A stretch of 64,000 nucleotides of DNA from contig NC_042997.1 in assembly GCF_006345805.1 (NCBI RefSeq), forward strand, positions 163,370,001 to 163,434,000. The letters run 5' to 3'. Position numbers and translations under genes: made by a program. The notes beneath the pieces are model-generated. The model was not told where the DNA came from. It was given only the letters and a program-made list of their open reading frames with translations, and did not search any database. Origin of the DNA: Octopus sinensis (lineage: Eukaryota). Shown piece by piece: positions 23,650 through 35,084 of this stretch. Position 1 is the stretch's first letter; each line of letters begins with the position of its first letter.

Positions 23650-24327
23650 ACAAGGCCTGAAAATTTGGGGGAGTGGGCCAGTGAAATAGATCGACTCCAA
23701 TACGCAATTGCTACTTAATTTATGGACCCCGAAAGGATGAAAGGCAAAGTCGACCTCGGCGGAATTTGAACTCAAAACGTAGCGGCAGACGAAATACTGC
23801 TAAACATTTTGTCCGATCTGCTATCGATTCTGCCCACTCGCTGCTTTACTTTCAATAATAATAACCCTTTCTGCAACAGGCATAAAAACAGACGAAATAC
23901 CTATTTCTTTACTACCCACAAGGGGCTAAACACAGAGAGGACAAACAAGGACAGACAAACGGATTAAGTCGATTACATCGACTCCAGTGCGTAACTGGTA
24001 CTTTATTTATCGATCCCGAAAGGATGAAAGGCAAAGTCGACCTCGGCGGAATTTGAACTCAGAACGTAAAGACAGACGAAATACCGCAGCGCATTTCGTC
24101 TGGCGTGCGAACATTTCTGCCAGCTCGCGCCTTAAAGCACCAGTTATATTCTCTTTTACTCTAGGTACAAGGCCCGAAATTTTTGGGGAGGGGGTCAGAT
24201 GATTAGGACGCAACTGGTACTTAATTTATCGACCCGAAAGGATGAAAGTCAAAGTCGACCTCGGCGGAATTTGAACTCAGAACGTAGCGGCAGACGAAAT
24301 ACCTATTTCTTTACTACCCACAAGGGG
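23650..24327 (-). mobile_element. Cluster of three family A SINE copies
   Basis: Repeated GAAAGGATGAAAG(G/T)CAAAGTCGACCTCGGCGGAATTTGAACTC. The last copy is split by the 24328-25092 insert and resumes at ~25110-25325. Confidence 0.85.
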
Positions 24328-25092
24328 GTGGTCTGCTACCACAACAGCTCCTTCATAGGATCCAGTCAGTTCAAGACATCATCAGGAAGAACCACGTCCG
24401 TTTTCGGTCCCTACTCCTCTACCGTTTTGACGCGGCGGGCCCCTCGCTTTCGGAGGTGTCATCAGCTCTGGTGTTGGGTACATGTTTTCTTTCTTCTGTT
24501 CCCTGGCCTCTTCGATGTATCATCAGCCAGTGACTGACTGACTTGTCAAATTTTTCCCTTTAAATACCTGCCGCTAGACTCCAGCAAGTTGTCACGTGAC
24601 ACTGTCTCACCTTAACTGACTAGTGAAGGCGCGTAGTTTTAGCCCGCGCATTCTCTAAACGACCGTCACCTGTCAGTCAGCGAAGCTGATTCAGTGTCAG
24701 CTTGTCTCACCTAGTGATGTTATTTCCCACCGTCATGTTATGACTTTCAAGCCATTTTCGGTCTTCCCGCTTCAGCCATATATAGAAGCTGACTTTTTCG
24801 ACCGCTTCCTGTACTCTCCCTATTAGTTTTCGCAGCTCGGAGCAAGAAAAAACAAATCTTCTTTTGAAAAGCGTTGTCATTTTCCTTTCAATGAAGCCTC
24901 TAGCCCCCACTGCCTGGTGATAATATTCGACATTCCATCCCTGTTCTCTGCATTTTTCGATTAGTTTTTCGTACCTCTTCTTTCGTTCCTCAAAACGGTA
25001 GAGGAGTAAGGGCCGGAACCGGACGTGGTTCCTCCTGATGATGTCTTGAGCTAACTGGATCCTATAAAGGAGCTGTTGAGGTAGCAGGCCAC
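24328..25092 (-). mobile_element. HERO-like (RLE) non-LTR retrotransposon 3' fragment bounded by 102 bp inverted repeats
   Basis: 24707-24990 encodes EERKKRYEKLIEKCREQGWNVEYYHQAVGARGF...RVQEAVEKVSFYIWLKREDRKW, resembling the HERO-clade C-terminal endonuclease region. 24328-24429 is the reverse complement of 24991-25092 with 10 mismatches. Confidence 0.7.
24535..24600 (-). promoter_or_regulatory. Candidate Pol II core promoter (E-box, TATA, Inr)
   Basis: Palindromic GTCACGTGAC at 24591-24600, TATTTAAAG starting at 24566, and TCAGTC initiators with A at 24539 and 24535 (27-31 nt downstream). Motif evidence only. Confidence 0.35.
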
Positions 25093-26224
25093 GAAACACG
25101 GTTGTAATTCCTCTCCACAAAGTGCTAAACATAGAGAGGACAGACAAACGGATTAAGTCGATTATATCGACTCCAGTGCATAACTTGTACTTATTTAATC
25201 GGCCCCGAAAGGATGAAAGGCAAAGTCGACCTGGGCGGAATTTGAACTCGGAACGTAGCGGCAGACGAAATACCGCAAAGCATTTCGCCCGGCGTGCTAA
25301 CGTTTCTGACGGCTCGCCGCCTTAAACCATCACTAATATTAGCACAGGTATGGCTGTAAGGTTATAAAGTTTGCTTTGTAAGCACCGTAGCATCTTACCC
25401 AAAGTACATTGAAAGAAATATAGTGGCGAGAAACAATATGGAAGCCTATTGTGAGTGCATGCGTGTGTGCGCTTACTTTTATGCCGCTTTCAAACCAATA
25501 CTGTAGATGTACTGCATCATAGCGCTACCGTGCTATTTAAATTATGAAGAGTTATTTCCCTTACACGATTTACTGTTTTAGAGCCAGTATCAGGAAACGA
25601 CGCTAATCATGGTTTCATACAGATATGTTGAAGGAGTGGGATAGATATATATTCATCTCTCTCTGCACAAAGGCTTAATGTTAAAAAAAAATCTTTTCTA
25701 GTTTTCATTTTTTAAGTCTTTTATCGAAGAGGCAAAAATGAAATAAAGGTATCGATCAGAATTTGAGTCTTCATTATGGAAATTTGAATTTCAAAACCGA
25801 TATTTAGTGTGTCCAAAGAAAGGCTACTCGCCTCTAGACTTTTACTGAGAAAAGTTAGATTTAATAGATTACTTCTGATCCAGGAGCAATCTTGTCTCAT
25901 TTATTTAATCAAGCTGGATCCTTGGGGGTTCATGAAAACTAAAAAGTAAGTTGGAAATCAAATAATTTAAAAGGTAGTGTGTTTCACAAAGTGGGGCCTG
26001 TGAAAAACATTTTAGGGTTCTGCTTTAATAAATTCAACAAAATATATTTTATCCAAATAGAGAATTGATGTATAAATATCAAAGAATAAGTTTATGGTAA
26101 AAAAATTTATTTCATAAAAATTCAAATTTGTTTTATCAAAAAAAAGTATTCATCATTTCAAAGTTATGTTATGTGTGTATGTGCATGCACACAGATGGAT
26201 GGATGGTCAGTTGGTTGTCTAAGG

Positions 26225-27180
26225 ATCCTTTAAGTCAAAAAGAATCAGACAATCAGACCTGGACACAATGCAGCAGTGGATCATGGACTGGCAACTCAAG
26301 CTGGCTGTGGACAAATGTACCACCATGCATTTTGGGAGAAAAAACCCAACGTTTACTTACTCCCTCCACAACACTAATCTCAAAAAGTCTTCTTGTGAAC
26401 GTGACCTGGGCATTATTGTCAACAGCGAGTTGCATTGGACAAAACACATTGCTAAAATTGCCAAGAAAGCTGAGGGTGTCTTGGCATCACTTACCAAGTC
26501 CTTTGTGAGCCGCTCTCTGGCTATCTGTCTGAGGCTTTATATAGCTATGGTGTGGCCTCACCTGGAATTTGCATCACCGGTCTGGAACCCCTATCTTGTC
26601 CAGGATATTAATCGTCTGGAAACTGTTCAGTGACGTACAACCAAGAGAATACCCTCCATCAGGCATTTGCCATATTCTGAACGCCTTACTTCCCTGGGCA
26701 TGGATACATTGAAACTATGATGTCTGGCAGCTGACTTGGCAAACAACCATAAAATTATTAACCATCTTACTAACAATAATTCTGAGCACCTTTTCAAACT
26801 CCACCTGTCTAACACCCGTGGACATGTTTACAAAGTGAGAAAACAGCACAGCTCCCATGACTTTTGGAAACATTTTTTCACACTAAGAGTTGCTGAAGTA
26901 TGGAACAATCTGCCGGCATCAGTTGTTAGTTGTCGGAGTACTGCATCCTTCAAAACTTCCATGCTTCCTGAGATTCGCCAACACTACACCTGATTTTCTC
27001 CCCTCCATACACACGCAAGCATGTATCTGGCTCGTACACTGTTCACTTCCCAGACATTTGTACATTATTGCATATGCTTTATACGCACTTTTGACAAGTT
27101 GTGGTGCACCTGAGCACTGTATACAATAATTTCATTCTTTTTCTTCTTCTTTGTATTATTATTATTATTATTATTATTAT
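26225..27180 (+). mobile_element. 5'-truncated CR1-group LINE (RT C-terminus, 3' UTR, (TAT)n tail)
   Basis: WQLKLAVDKC..MHFG...ERDLGIIV...LYIAMVWPHLEFASPVWNPY...LETVQ*RTTK, then TRGH.YK...FFTLRVAEVWNNLP. One in-frame stop at 26631-26633 and more downstream. Confidence 0.9.
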
Positions 27181-27656
27181 AAGCATTCGTATGTTTGTCA
27201 GTAGTGTGGGTACATTAATCAAATTATTCAGTATTGTAGAGCCATTCCAGCTGAGCTAACTACTCAGTTTTACACAGTATGTTAGACAATCAGATGATTA
27301 TCTAAGACTGTGTTCATCAGAGTGGCTGGAATGGAAAAAAAAAATATGGTGACAGCTCTTTTATTTCAAGTGAGGAAGTGTGCTGTGGGTATTGTGAAAG
27401 AGATGAAATGAAGCTGCTGGGTGCAATTAAGAGATGGGATTCCATCAAAAGTTTTATCCCTTACCGAAAAATACCTGAGTTGTAATTGCCAGCAAAGTGT
27501 GGATTTGGATGCAGGTTGATATGTTTACAAGGGGAGGAGATGGGGTGAGTACCAAAACCTTTAGACTTGGAGAGTTAGGATTAAGCATATAAATAATCCT
27601 ATCTTTAAATACTCTGGGTTCTAATTATTTGATCAGTGGTATGGTCTACATGTGAA

Positions 27657-27990
27657 GGCACATGGCTCAGTGGTTAGAGCGTCGAGCTTATGATCGTGAG
27701 GTTGTGAGCTTGAATCCCGGACCGGGCTGCATGTTGTGTTCTAGAGCAAAACACTTTATTTCACGTTGCTCAAGTTCACTCAGCTGCAGAAAGGAGTTGT
27801 GACATCACAGGTGCTAAGCTGTATTGGCCTTAGCCTTTCCCTTGGATAATACTGGTGGCATGGAGAGGAGAGGCCGGTATGCATGGGCAACTGCTGGTCT
27901 TCCATAAACAACCTTGCCTGAACTTGTGCCTGGGAGAGTAACTTTCTAGGTGCAATCTCATGGTCTGTGTCGTGACTGAAGGGGGTCTCA
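27657..27990 (+). mobile_element. CORE-type tRNA-derived SINE (family F)
   Basis: Head GGCACATGGCTCAGTGGTTAGAGCG, CORE-like GAGCAAAACACTTTATTTCACGTTGCTC. A second copy lies reversed at ~51560-51895. Confidence 0.7.
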
Positions 27991-28319
27991 GGTATGGTCT
28001 ACTCATTGAATTAACATGTAAGTAACAGTACTCTACAGGCGCATGTGTTGTTAGTATAATTCTCAGGGGGAATCAACATGTGACAAAGCTGGTCCTTTTG
28101 AATTGCAGCAAAATCCCATCTGATGGACTTTCAAACAGTTTCCAAACAAGAAGTACCCCTAAGATACATTCAAAGATACTTGCTTAAGATGTCACAGACA
28201 AGGACTGAATTCAGAACCTCATGATTACAAAGTAAAGCTTTTAATGTTAGGTCAAGCCTGCATTCTTTTTGACATGTCTCACAATAGATTTACGTGCATC
28301 AGAAAAGTTGAGAAGAACC

Positions 28320-28994
28320 TTAACCTGTTAGCATTCAGATTACTCTGTTAAATGTATTGATTATTTATTCACATTGCTTTTAGTTAATCATCCATTATTT
28401 CGTAGCTTTGAGTGGTATGGTCTCAAACAATGATGTGATTGTTTATTTTTAGAATGATATTGTAAGGAAAGTGTGAGATGCTGGATCTGGACAGTTTGAA
28501 CATAAAATGTTTTGGCCAGATATAGTTGGTTTAAATGCTAAAGCACCGATCTGTTAGAAAAAAAATTCCAAGCAAATACCAACATTTTAGAACCATTTAA
28601 AGCAAGAATATTTGTATAAATGAAGAAAGACATTTACTACAATTTTTAAATGTTGAAATTTTTTATATTACATGACAATAAATGAAATCCAACCCATTTT
28701 TTTGTTTAATTTTCTTCTGTTGATTTGCATCAGACCATGTCTTTTAATGGTAATAATACTGGGGCTCACAATTTCTCACAGGAATACTGGAGCCATTGGT
28801 GGGTTACACTCCATACCATCCAGAGCATTTAAATCAGTAATTTCCAGTTCAAATATTATATCTCTTTTATGTTTAAAATGGCCAGATATAGCTTTCACAA
28901 CTATCCTACAGTGTAGGGTAAACAATCACATCATTGAAATCTTGGGAAAATGTGCATTACATTTGACTGAATAATCTGAACGCTAAAAGGTTAA
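28320..28994. mobile_element. Two P1 MITE copies (28320-28543 +, 28868-28994 -)
   Basis: TTAACCTGTTAGCATTCAGATTACTCTG start and AATCTGAACGCTAAAAGGTTAA end. Confidence 0.65.
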
Positions 28995-29214
28995 CGTGCT
29001 TATAACACTAAGAAGATTTGTTTGAGATTTTCAGCTGTTGACTCTTGTTTGAAGAAATCTGGTAGACACTAATATCACTCAATTAAGTCAACTCTGTACT
29101 TGACTGGAGCTTGTTTATTTTGTCAAATCCTGAAGGATCAATTTTATGATTCTGAATTATCCACAGTCCACATTGAACTGTTCAATTGTATATTATTACC
29201 TGCAGTCAGTTGTC

Positions 29215-29790
29215 ATGACTATGACTGTTCATGACTTTGGTATGACTTGATAAGCTTTCTTTCTCCATGCTGGTCAGTTTTTTGCTTGAGTTTGCCATTT
29301 ATTTATGGAGGCGCAATGGCCCAGTGGTTAGGGCAGTGGACTCGCGGTCGGAGGATCGCGGTTTCGATTCCCAGACTGGGTGTTGTGCGTGTTTATTGAG
29401 CGAAAACACCTAAAGTTCCACGAGGCTCCAGCAGGGGGTGGTGGCGACCCCTCTTGTACTCTTTCGCTACAACTTTCTCTCACTCTCTCTTCCTGTTTCT
29501 TGAGTAATGGTGCGATGGACTGGTGTCCTGTCCAGCTGGGGGAAACACATATACCACAGAAATCGGGAAACTGGGCCCATGAGCCTGGCTAGACTTGAAA
29601 AGAGTGCATAAATAAATAAAATTGCCATTTATTATCATCAATTCCTTCATATTCATTTTTGCAGTATCTTTGAATCTCAGTCTAGGTCTTCCATGGTTTC
29701 TTTTCCCCTTGCATAGTTAGGAGTAAAGGAGTTGTTTGGGCTGTCTGTTGTTCTCCATCCTGTGTACGTGTCCCAACCAATGTAAATTTC
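29215..29790 (-). mobile_element. RTE (BovB-like) 3' end split by a family G SINE
   Basis: RMENNRQPKQLLYS*LCKGKRNHGRPRLRFKDTAK at ~29640-29760, continuing on the other side of the SINE. Confidence 0.65.
29307..29620 (+). mobile_element. tRNA-derived SINE family G with V-domain-like core
   Basis: Head TGGCCCAGTGGTTAGG / GGTTTCGATTCCC, core GCGATGGACTGGTGTCCTGTCCAG, A-rich tail. 12 bp TSD TTGCCATTTATT at 29292-29303 and 29622-29633. Second copy at 49501-49800. Confidence 0.8.
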
Positions 29791-30350
29791 TATCAATGAG
29801 GATTTTCATACAATGAACCAACCCATGCAAGCATGGAAACAGGACATTAAAATGATGGTGATAATGATGATGATGATGATAATTGACATAAAAAAGTGAA
29901 ATTCAATACTGATTCATTAGAGAGTTACAGCTGGTAAAGTTGATAGGATGGGTGGTAGTTGACTGTCTTGAGGGCTGACTATTTATTTCCTGTCATTACT
30001 TATGTACTTGAGTTCCTGACTTAACTCTTGTAAGCCCAACCTTAATAGCTATAAGTACTACTTTCAGCAACAGTATCAACTTAAGTGACAGATGATTTTT
30101 GACACCAGAACAATCCTATCATCAAAAACATTCCAGCTTTATTAACAAACATTTCCTTATCATTTTCCTTGGGGGTCACTCTGCCATAATTAATATGATC
30201 TGTTTGACTAAAACTCTCAGCTGGAAAGCACTTGCCAGACCAAAATAGCAACCTTGGTTTCTTCAATGTTGAAGAAGTTGTTGGATGGAAAAAGCCATTT
30301 AGTGACATGAATGAGGAGAAGGCACACATCTACCAGCAATATGGTATATG

Positions 30351-31720
30351 TCATCATCATCATCATTGTCGTTTAACGTCTGCTTTCCAAGCTAGCATGG
30401 GTTGGACGATTTGACTGAGGACTGGCGAACTAGATGGCTGCACCAGGCTCCAATCTTAATTTGGCAGAGTTTCTACAGTTGGATGCCCTTCCTAATACCA
30501 AGCACTCCGAGAGTGTAGTGGGTGCTTTTACATGCCACTGGCACGAGGGCCAGTCAGGCGGTACTGGCAACGGTCCCGGAAATCGTGTTTCTTTTTTTGT
30601 ACCTCAGGATAATGAAGGTTGGATAAAACCATCAACTGAAATATCAAACCATTGCCTCATCGCCATAAACTTGCTAAAGCATGCTCAATGACTCTGTAGT
30701 AGACTTCCCAAGTTTAACACAAAATTTCATGTTAGCTCTTTGTTCCCCTCCATGACAAAATCACAGCTACAGCATACATGTGATCACAGAAACACAAATT
30801 TCACAACTTGCAAAGTAAACACAGTGATGTCACTTGGCACACTGCCTCACGAAGGTCACTGCTAGCTCTCATTGTGCATGCAACAGTGTGCTGCCAATCA
30901 GTTGGCATGCTACGGAACTAGTCCTGGAACTTTTTGATGCCACCTTATTATCACACACCAATAATATATTTCTTTATTGCCCACTAAGGGGCTAAACACA
31001 GAGGGAGCAAACAAGGACAGACAAACGGATTAAGTCGATTGCATCGACCCCAGTGCGTAACTGGTACTTAATTTATTGACCCCGAAAGGATGATAGGCAA
31101 AGTCGACCTTGGCGGAATTTGAACTCAGAACATAACGGCAGACGAAATACGCATTTCGCCCGGTGTGCTAATGTTTCTGCCAATTCAATCTTATCTCTTG
31201 TGTGATACATTTGGTTCTTATACCTTTTTCTTTCACTTCATTTGTGTTTCATTATTCACACTGTGGGGTAGTTGGTGTTAGGTAGGACATCCAGCTGTAA
31301 AAACTGTGCCAAAACAGACACAGAAGTATGGCCTGGCAAGCTCCTGTCAAACCATCCAACCCATGCAAGCACGGAAAGAGGATGTTATACAGTGATGATG
31401 ATGATGATGATGAACATGCACACTCACATTACACATCCAGTGGAACATACATGCTTCATTTCTTTCCAGCTTTTACAAATCCTCTGTATTTAAGGCCCAT
31501 GACTTGCTACCATGCAACATTGCACTTTGTGCTCAAGAATCATGCAATCTGCCCTTCAAAGCTGAGAAGGACGTCCTTTGCTGTCTGCAGAGGCAGTAGC
31601 TTCCTGAAGTCTTCCCATTTCAATCTTATTCTTAAATTTGGCAATTATGCTTTCAGAAAACCCACCTACTCTGCAAATTATGTCACAAATATGTAAGAAA
31701 AGCTATCAACTACGTCTAAG
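30351..31720. mobile_element. Nested cluster: RTE tail (30351-30585), mariner 5' fragment (30600-30945, -), family A SINE (30965-31185, -), RTE pieces (31272-31720)
   Basis: The mariner piece has the TIR remnant GTCCTGGAACTTTTTGATGCCACC and matches 54520-54660. The RTE piece gives VVDSF..., LHGSKSWALNTED. Confidence 0.7.
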
Positions 31721-32489
31721 TAGCCTCCTGTGTATTTTGAAAGAATGTATCGCATCTGTACTCTATCTTTATACATCTGACACTTACAAAGTCTAGTCTA
31801 CCTTCTCTGTCAGCCCACTTGTGTTCTCCTTTCCATCTCTCTCTCTCTCCCCATTTATGTATGTGTATCTGCCTATCTATATGTGTGTGTGTGTGTGTGT
31901 GTGTATGATAAATATATGTATAGTAGAGTGTACAATTATTGGAGTAAATGAATATATGATGTGTGGGGGTTGTTTATAGTATTCTAATGCTTATTTGTTT
32001 AGGCAGTTGTGGTATAAATTAGCGAAGAACGTTTTATACTTGTTGCAATGAATGAAGTACAGTGCTTTCTAATTTGGTGTTGGACTAAATGACTACAGGG
32101 TTTTCAGTTCAAAAGTTGCCATGCCCATTGCAGTGTGCAGCTTGGCAAATGCATTACTCAGCTTAAATCAGCCTTGCTTGGTTTACTTGACAGTTCAATG
32201 ATCAGTTAGAAGGTAGGGCATCCGATTGTAAAACCACTTATGTTAACAATATGTGAATATCAAATTTAAACCAAGCCCTCACATCAAAGCTAGCAAGGTA
32301 AAATTAACATAACAGAAGAAAATATGAAGTGTAATGGTGAGATATGATATTAAATAATAGTCTTATATATTGTGACAGATGTATTTCTAATTATTTCATG
32401 TATAATAGTATGCTGCTTTAAGATATGTTATACTATAAAACAGGACAGTATACAAGCAAAAGACTGTACAGATTTAAAAAATTCTGTAC

Positions 32490-32656
32490 GAAGGTGCAGG
32501 TGTAGCTGTATGGTAAAAAGCTTGCTTCCCAGCCATATGGTTCTGGGTTCAGTCCTACTGTATGGCACCTTGGGCAAGTGTCCTCTGCTGTAGCCTCAGG
32601 CCGACCAAAGCCTTGTGAGTGGATTTGGTAGATGGAAACTGAAAGAAGTGGTCAAA

Positions 32657-32687
<31 letters not shown>

Positions 32688-32910
32688 AGGAGAGAGTGTG
32701 TGTGTCTTTGTGTTTGTGTTTGTTCCACACCACTGCTTGACAGCCAGTGTTGGTGTGTTTATGTCCTCATAACTTAGCAGTTCAGCAAAAGAGAATGATA
32801 GAAAAAATATCAGGCTTAACAAAAATAAGTACTGAGGTTGATTCATTTAACTAAAAATTCAAGGCAGTGTTCCAGAATGGCCTCACACTAATGACTGAAA
32901 CAAGTAAAAG
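32490..32910 (+). mobile_element. Family B CORE-type SINE, full length
   Basis: GGCACCTTGGGCAAGTGTCCTCT core, internal (TG)(AG) microsatellite, 3' module. Confidence 0.8.
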
Positions 32911-33104
32911 AAGTTTTACTTACAGCAATACTTTGATGATATTTTATCCTTTATTTGAAAGATATCCAAAACTGTACTTTTAAATTTTATTATTTTTAAA
33001 TAATTTTTTAATATATTTTTACAATAAATGAAATTTCCCAGCCTGAGATAAGTTTGTTACATTAATAAACAGAGAATTGTATTCTTATCAGTTAGTCATC
33101 TTAC

Positions 33105-33161
33105 CTTGGCTTTACTCATTTTCAGTGCATAGATAAAGTTACAGACACTTTGGCAGAAGTC
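33105..33161 (-). CDS. Candidate internal exon of an unidentified host gene (DFCQSVCNFIYALKMSKAK)
   Basis: Acceptor TGTATCTGCCTGTAG|G and donor AAG|GTAAGA. 57 nt, phase 0-0, only one open frame, non-repeat sequence. Confidence 0.45.
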
Positions 33162-33344
33162 CTACAGGCAGATACATTCCAGAGAATAAATATTTGTTTC
33201 TAGTGATGATTGCAGAGTATATTAATAATTTTATTAAATTTCACAAATGAATCATTAAAAATTCTCCAGAACAACAAATTATTTGTTTAACACTTTAGCA
33301 TTCAGATTACTCTGTCAAATTTTAATGCTTATTTATTCACAATG

Positions 33345-34045
33345 TTCTACTGCATGCATAGGCTATGTCGTGTTTCTGTGGAAGAGATTATGCATGTGAT
33401 TAGCAGCTGTCCTATAATGTTGTCACAGTACTACATTCCTATGTGGCACAATGTTGTTGCTAAAACAATTTACAATGTCATCCACAAAAAAGACTGCTCT
33501 GAAATAAACTTGGAAAATCCCTCTGTTATGGAATACATTTATAAACACCAACTCGAGGAATACTGGCAGAATATTATTATCAAAACTTCTGTCAAATGTA
33601 AGCATAACAGGCCAGATATTGTTGTTTGGGACAGAGGGGCAAAGGTATGTACCATCATAGAGGTTAGCTGCCCTACAGATATAAATATCTCTTTGAAAAT
33701 CAAAGAAAAAAAGAGGATATCCATGGACAACTGCTTTGAAACCTCCAGCTTCTATATCCAGATGATGAATTCATATTCATATCAATAATAATTGGAGTAC
33801 TAGGTTTTGTCAGTAAATGCTTAAAGGAGAATCTGGATAAACTGGGATTTTCAGAAAGAGAAATTGACCGGCTAATTCGTACATTGCAAGTGCAATCTGT
33901 AAGTGGAACAGTACAAATATGCAAGGGTTTTCTCAAGTTCCAAATGTGAATTTGTCTATTAACTACATCCCAAAGATGGAGCCTTGTATCTTTGTTGGAA
34001 ACCGGCTCCCTCCAAAGTGGAAGATTTATAATAATTAAAAAATAG
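33345..34045 (+). mobile_element. R4/Dong-like RLE non-LTR retrotransposon 3' fragment
   Basis: CCHC-type knuckle remnant (HRLC...EEIMHVISSC), PD-(D/E)xK endonuclease motif HNRPDIVVWD...CTIIEVSCP.D.N, and after a frameshift IIIGVLG..SKCL..NL.KLG. Followed by (ATAC)n. Confidence 0.85.
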
Positions 34046-35084
34046 AATACATACATACATACATATGTATGTATATGTTTAATACCAGTGTAAAGTTATT
34101 TTTCATTGCAAAGTAAAGGATATTTGTTGGAAATGTATTATAGTCTTCTCATTCTTTCTCATAAGATAACTGAAAATACTTTATAAAATCATGCATTTTA
34201 TCTTTAATAAGTTAATTTAGCATTTTATTTTAAATAAGTTAATCCTGTATTTATCTTCTCTATAATCACATAATCTCAATAATTTCAAAAATTCAATTTT
34301 CTCATCAATGAAATTCAATTTTTTCAAATATTCTTTCATAAACTCTTTCAGATATTTTCATTCATATATGGACCACATCAGATGATGGGAAAGCACAATT
34401 TTTAAAACAGTCTGTCTTTGATAAAAGAAAAGAAAAATTCTTAACAATCTTATTTAAAATAAATACAAAGAGTAAAATAGCAATTTTAAAATTATTTTCA
34501 GTTATTTTACAAGAAAGGGGGAGAAAGTATAGAACATTTCCATCAAAATATAACCAATGAGAAATGACTTAATAAATAAAAAAATCCCAACCAAAACTAA
34601 GAAATTAATGTTATTCCTGCATGGCACTGGTCATGAATGTAGATTCCCAGAGGCAATGGTTGCAGAAATTTCACCAAAGGAAAAAACACATAGGAAAGTC
34701 ACAGACATATCTTCTTCCCATACACATAGACATCATTATCTTCATTTTTTAACTTCCACTTTTTTTGTGCTTTCATAGGTCAAAGTTTATTGAGGCAGGT
34801 TTTCTATGACCAGATGTCCTCCCTGTTGCCAACCATTATTTAATTCCAAGCAAGGTAATTTTTTCCCCCATCCCCAGACATGTTTCACAACAATCACACA
34901 ATGTCAAAACAAAGAGACACAGACATACATGCACTTTCACACACATGCATGTGTATACATATGAATATCGATATCTTAGCTTTGTATTATTTTGTGAATT
35001 AATGAATCATTTGAAATTTGAATATGTATTTAAGTGAACTGTTATTCTATTATTGTGTAATAAGTGCTGATATTTTAGTGTCAA

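Noticed and set aside
24707-25147. 146 aa ORF as an intact gene
   Set aside because: It is chimeric: the start lies in a SINE, the middle in the inverted repeat, and only 24707-24990 is retrotransposon coding sequence.
25870-25952. Possible plus-strand exon ending ATGAAAACTAAAAA|GTAAGT
   Set aside because: It has a good donor, but no downstream partner exon was found and such motifs occur by chance.
27657-27730. tRNA gene calls at SINE heads (also 29307, 49501 and family A/B heads)
   Set aside because: A and B boxes are present, but there is no complete cloverleaf and each continues into a SINE body.
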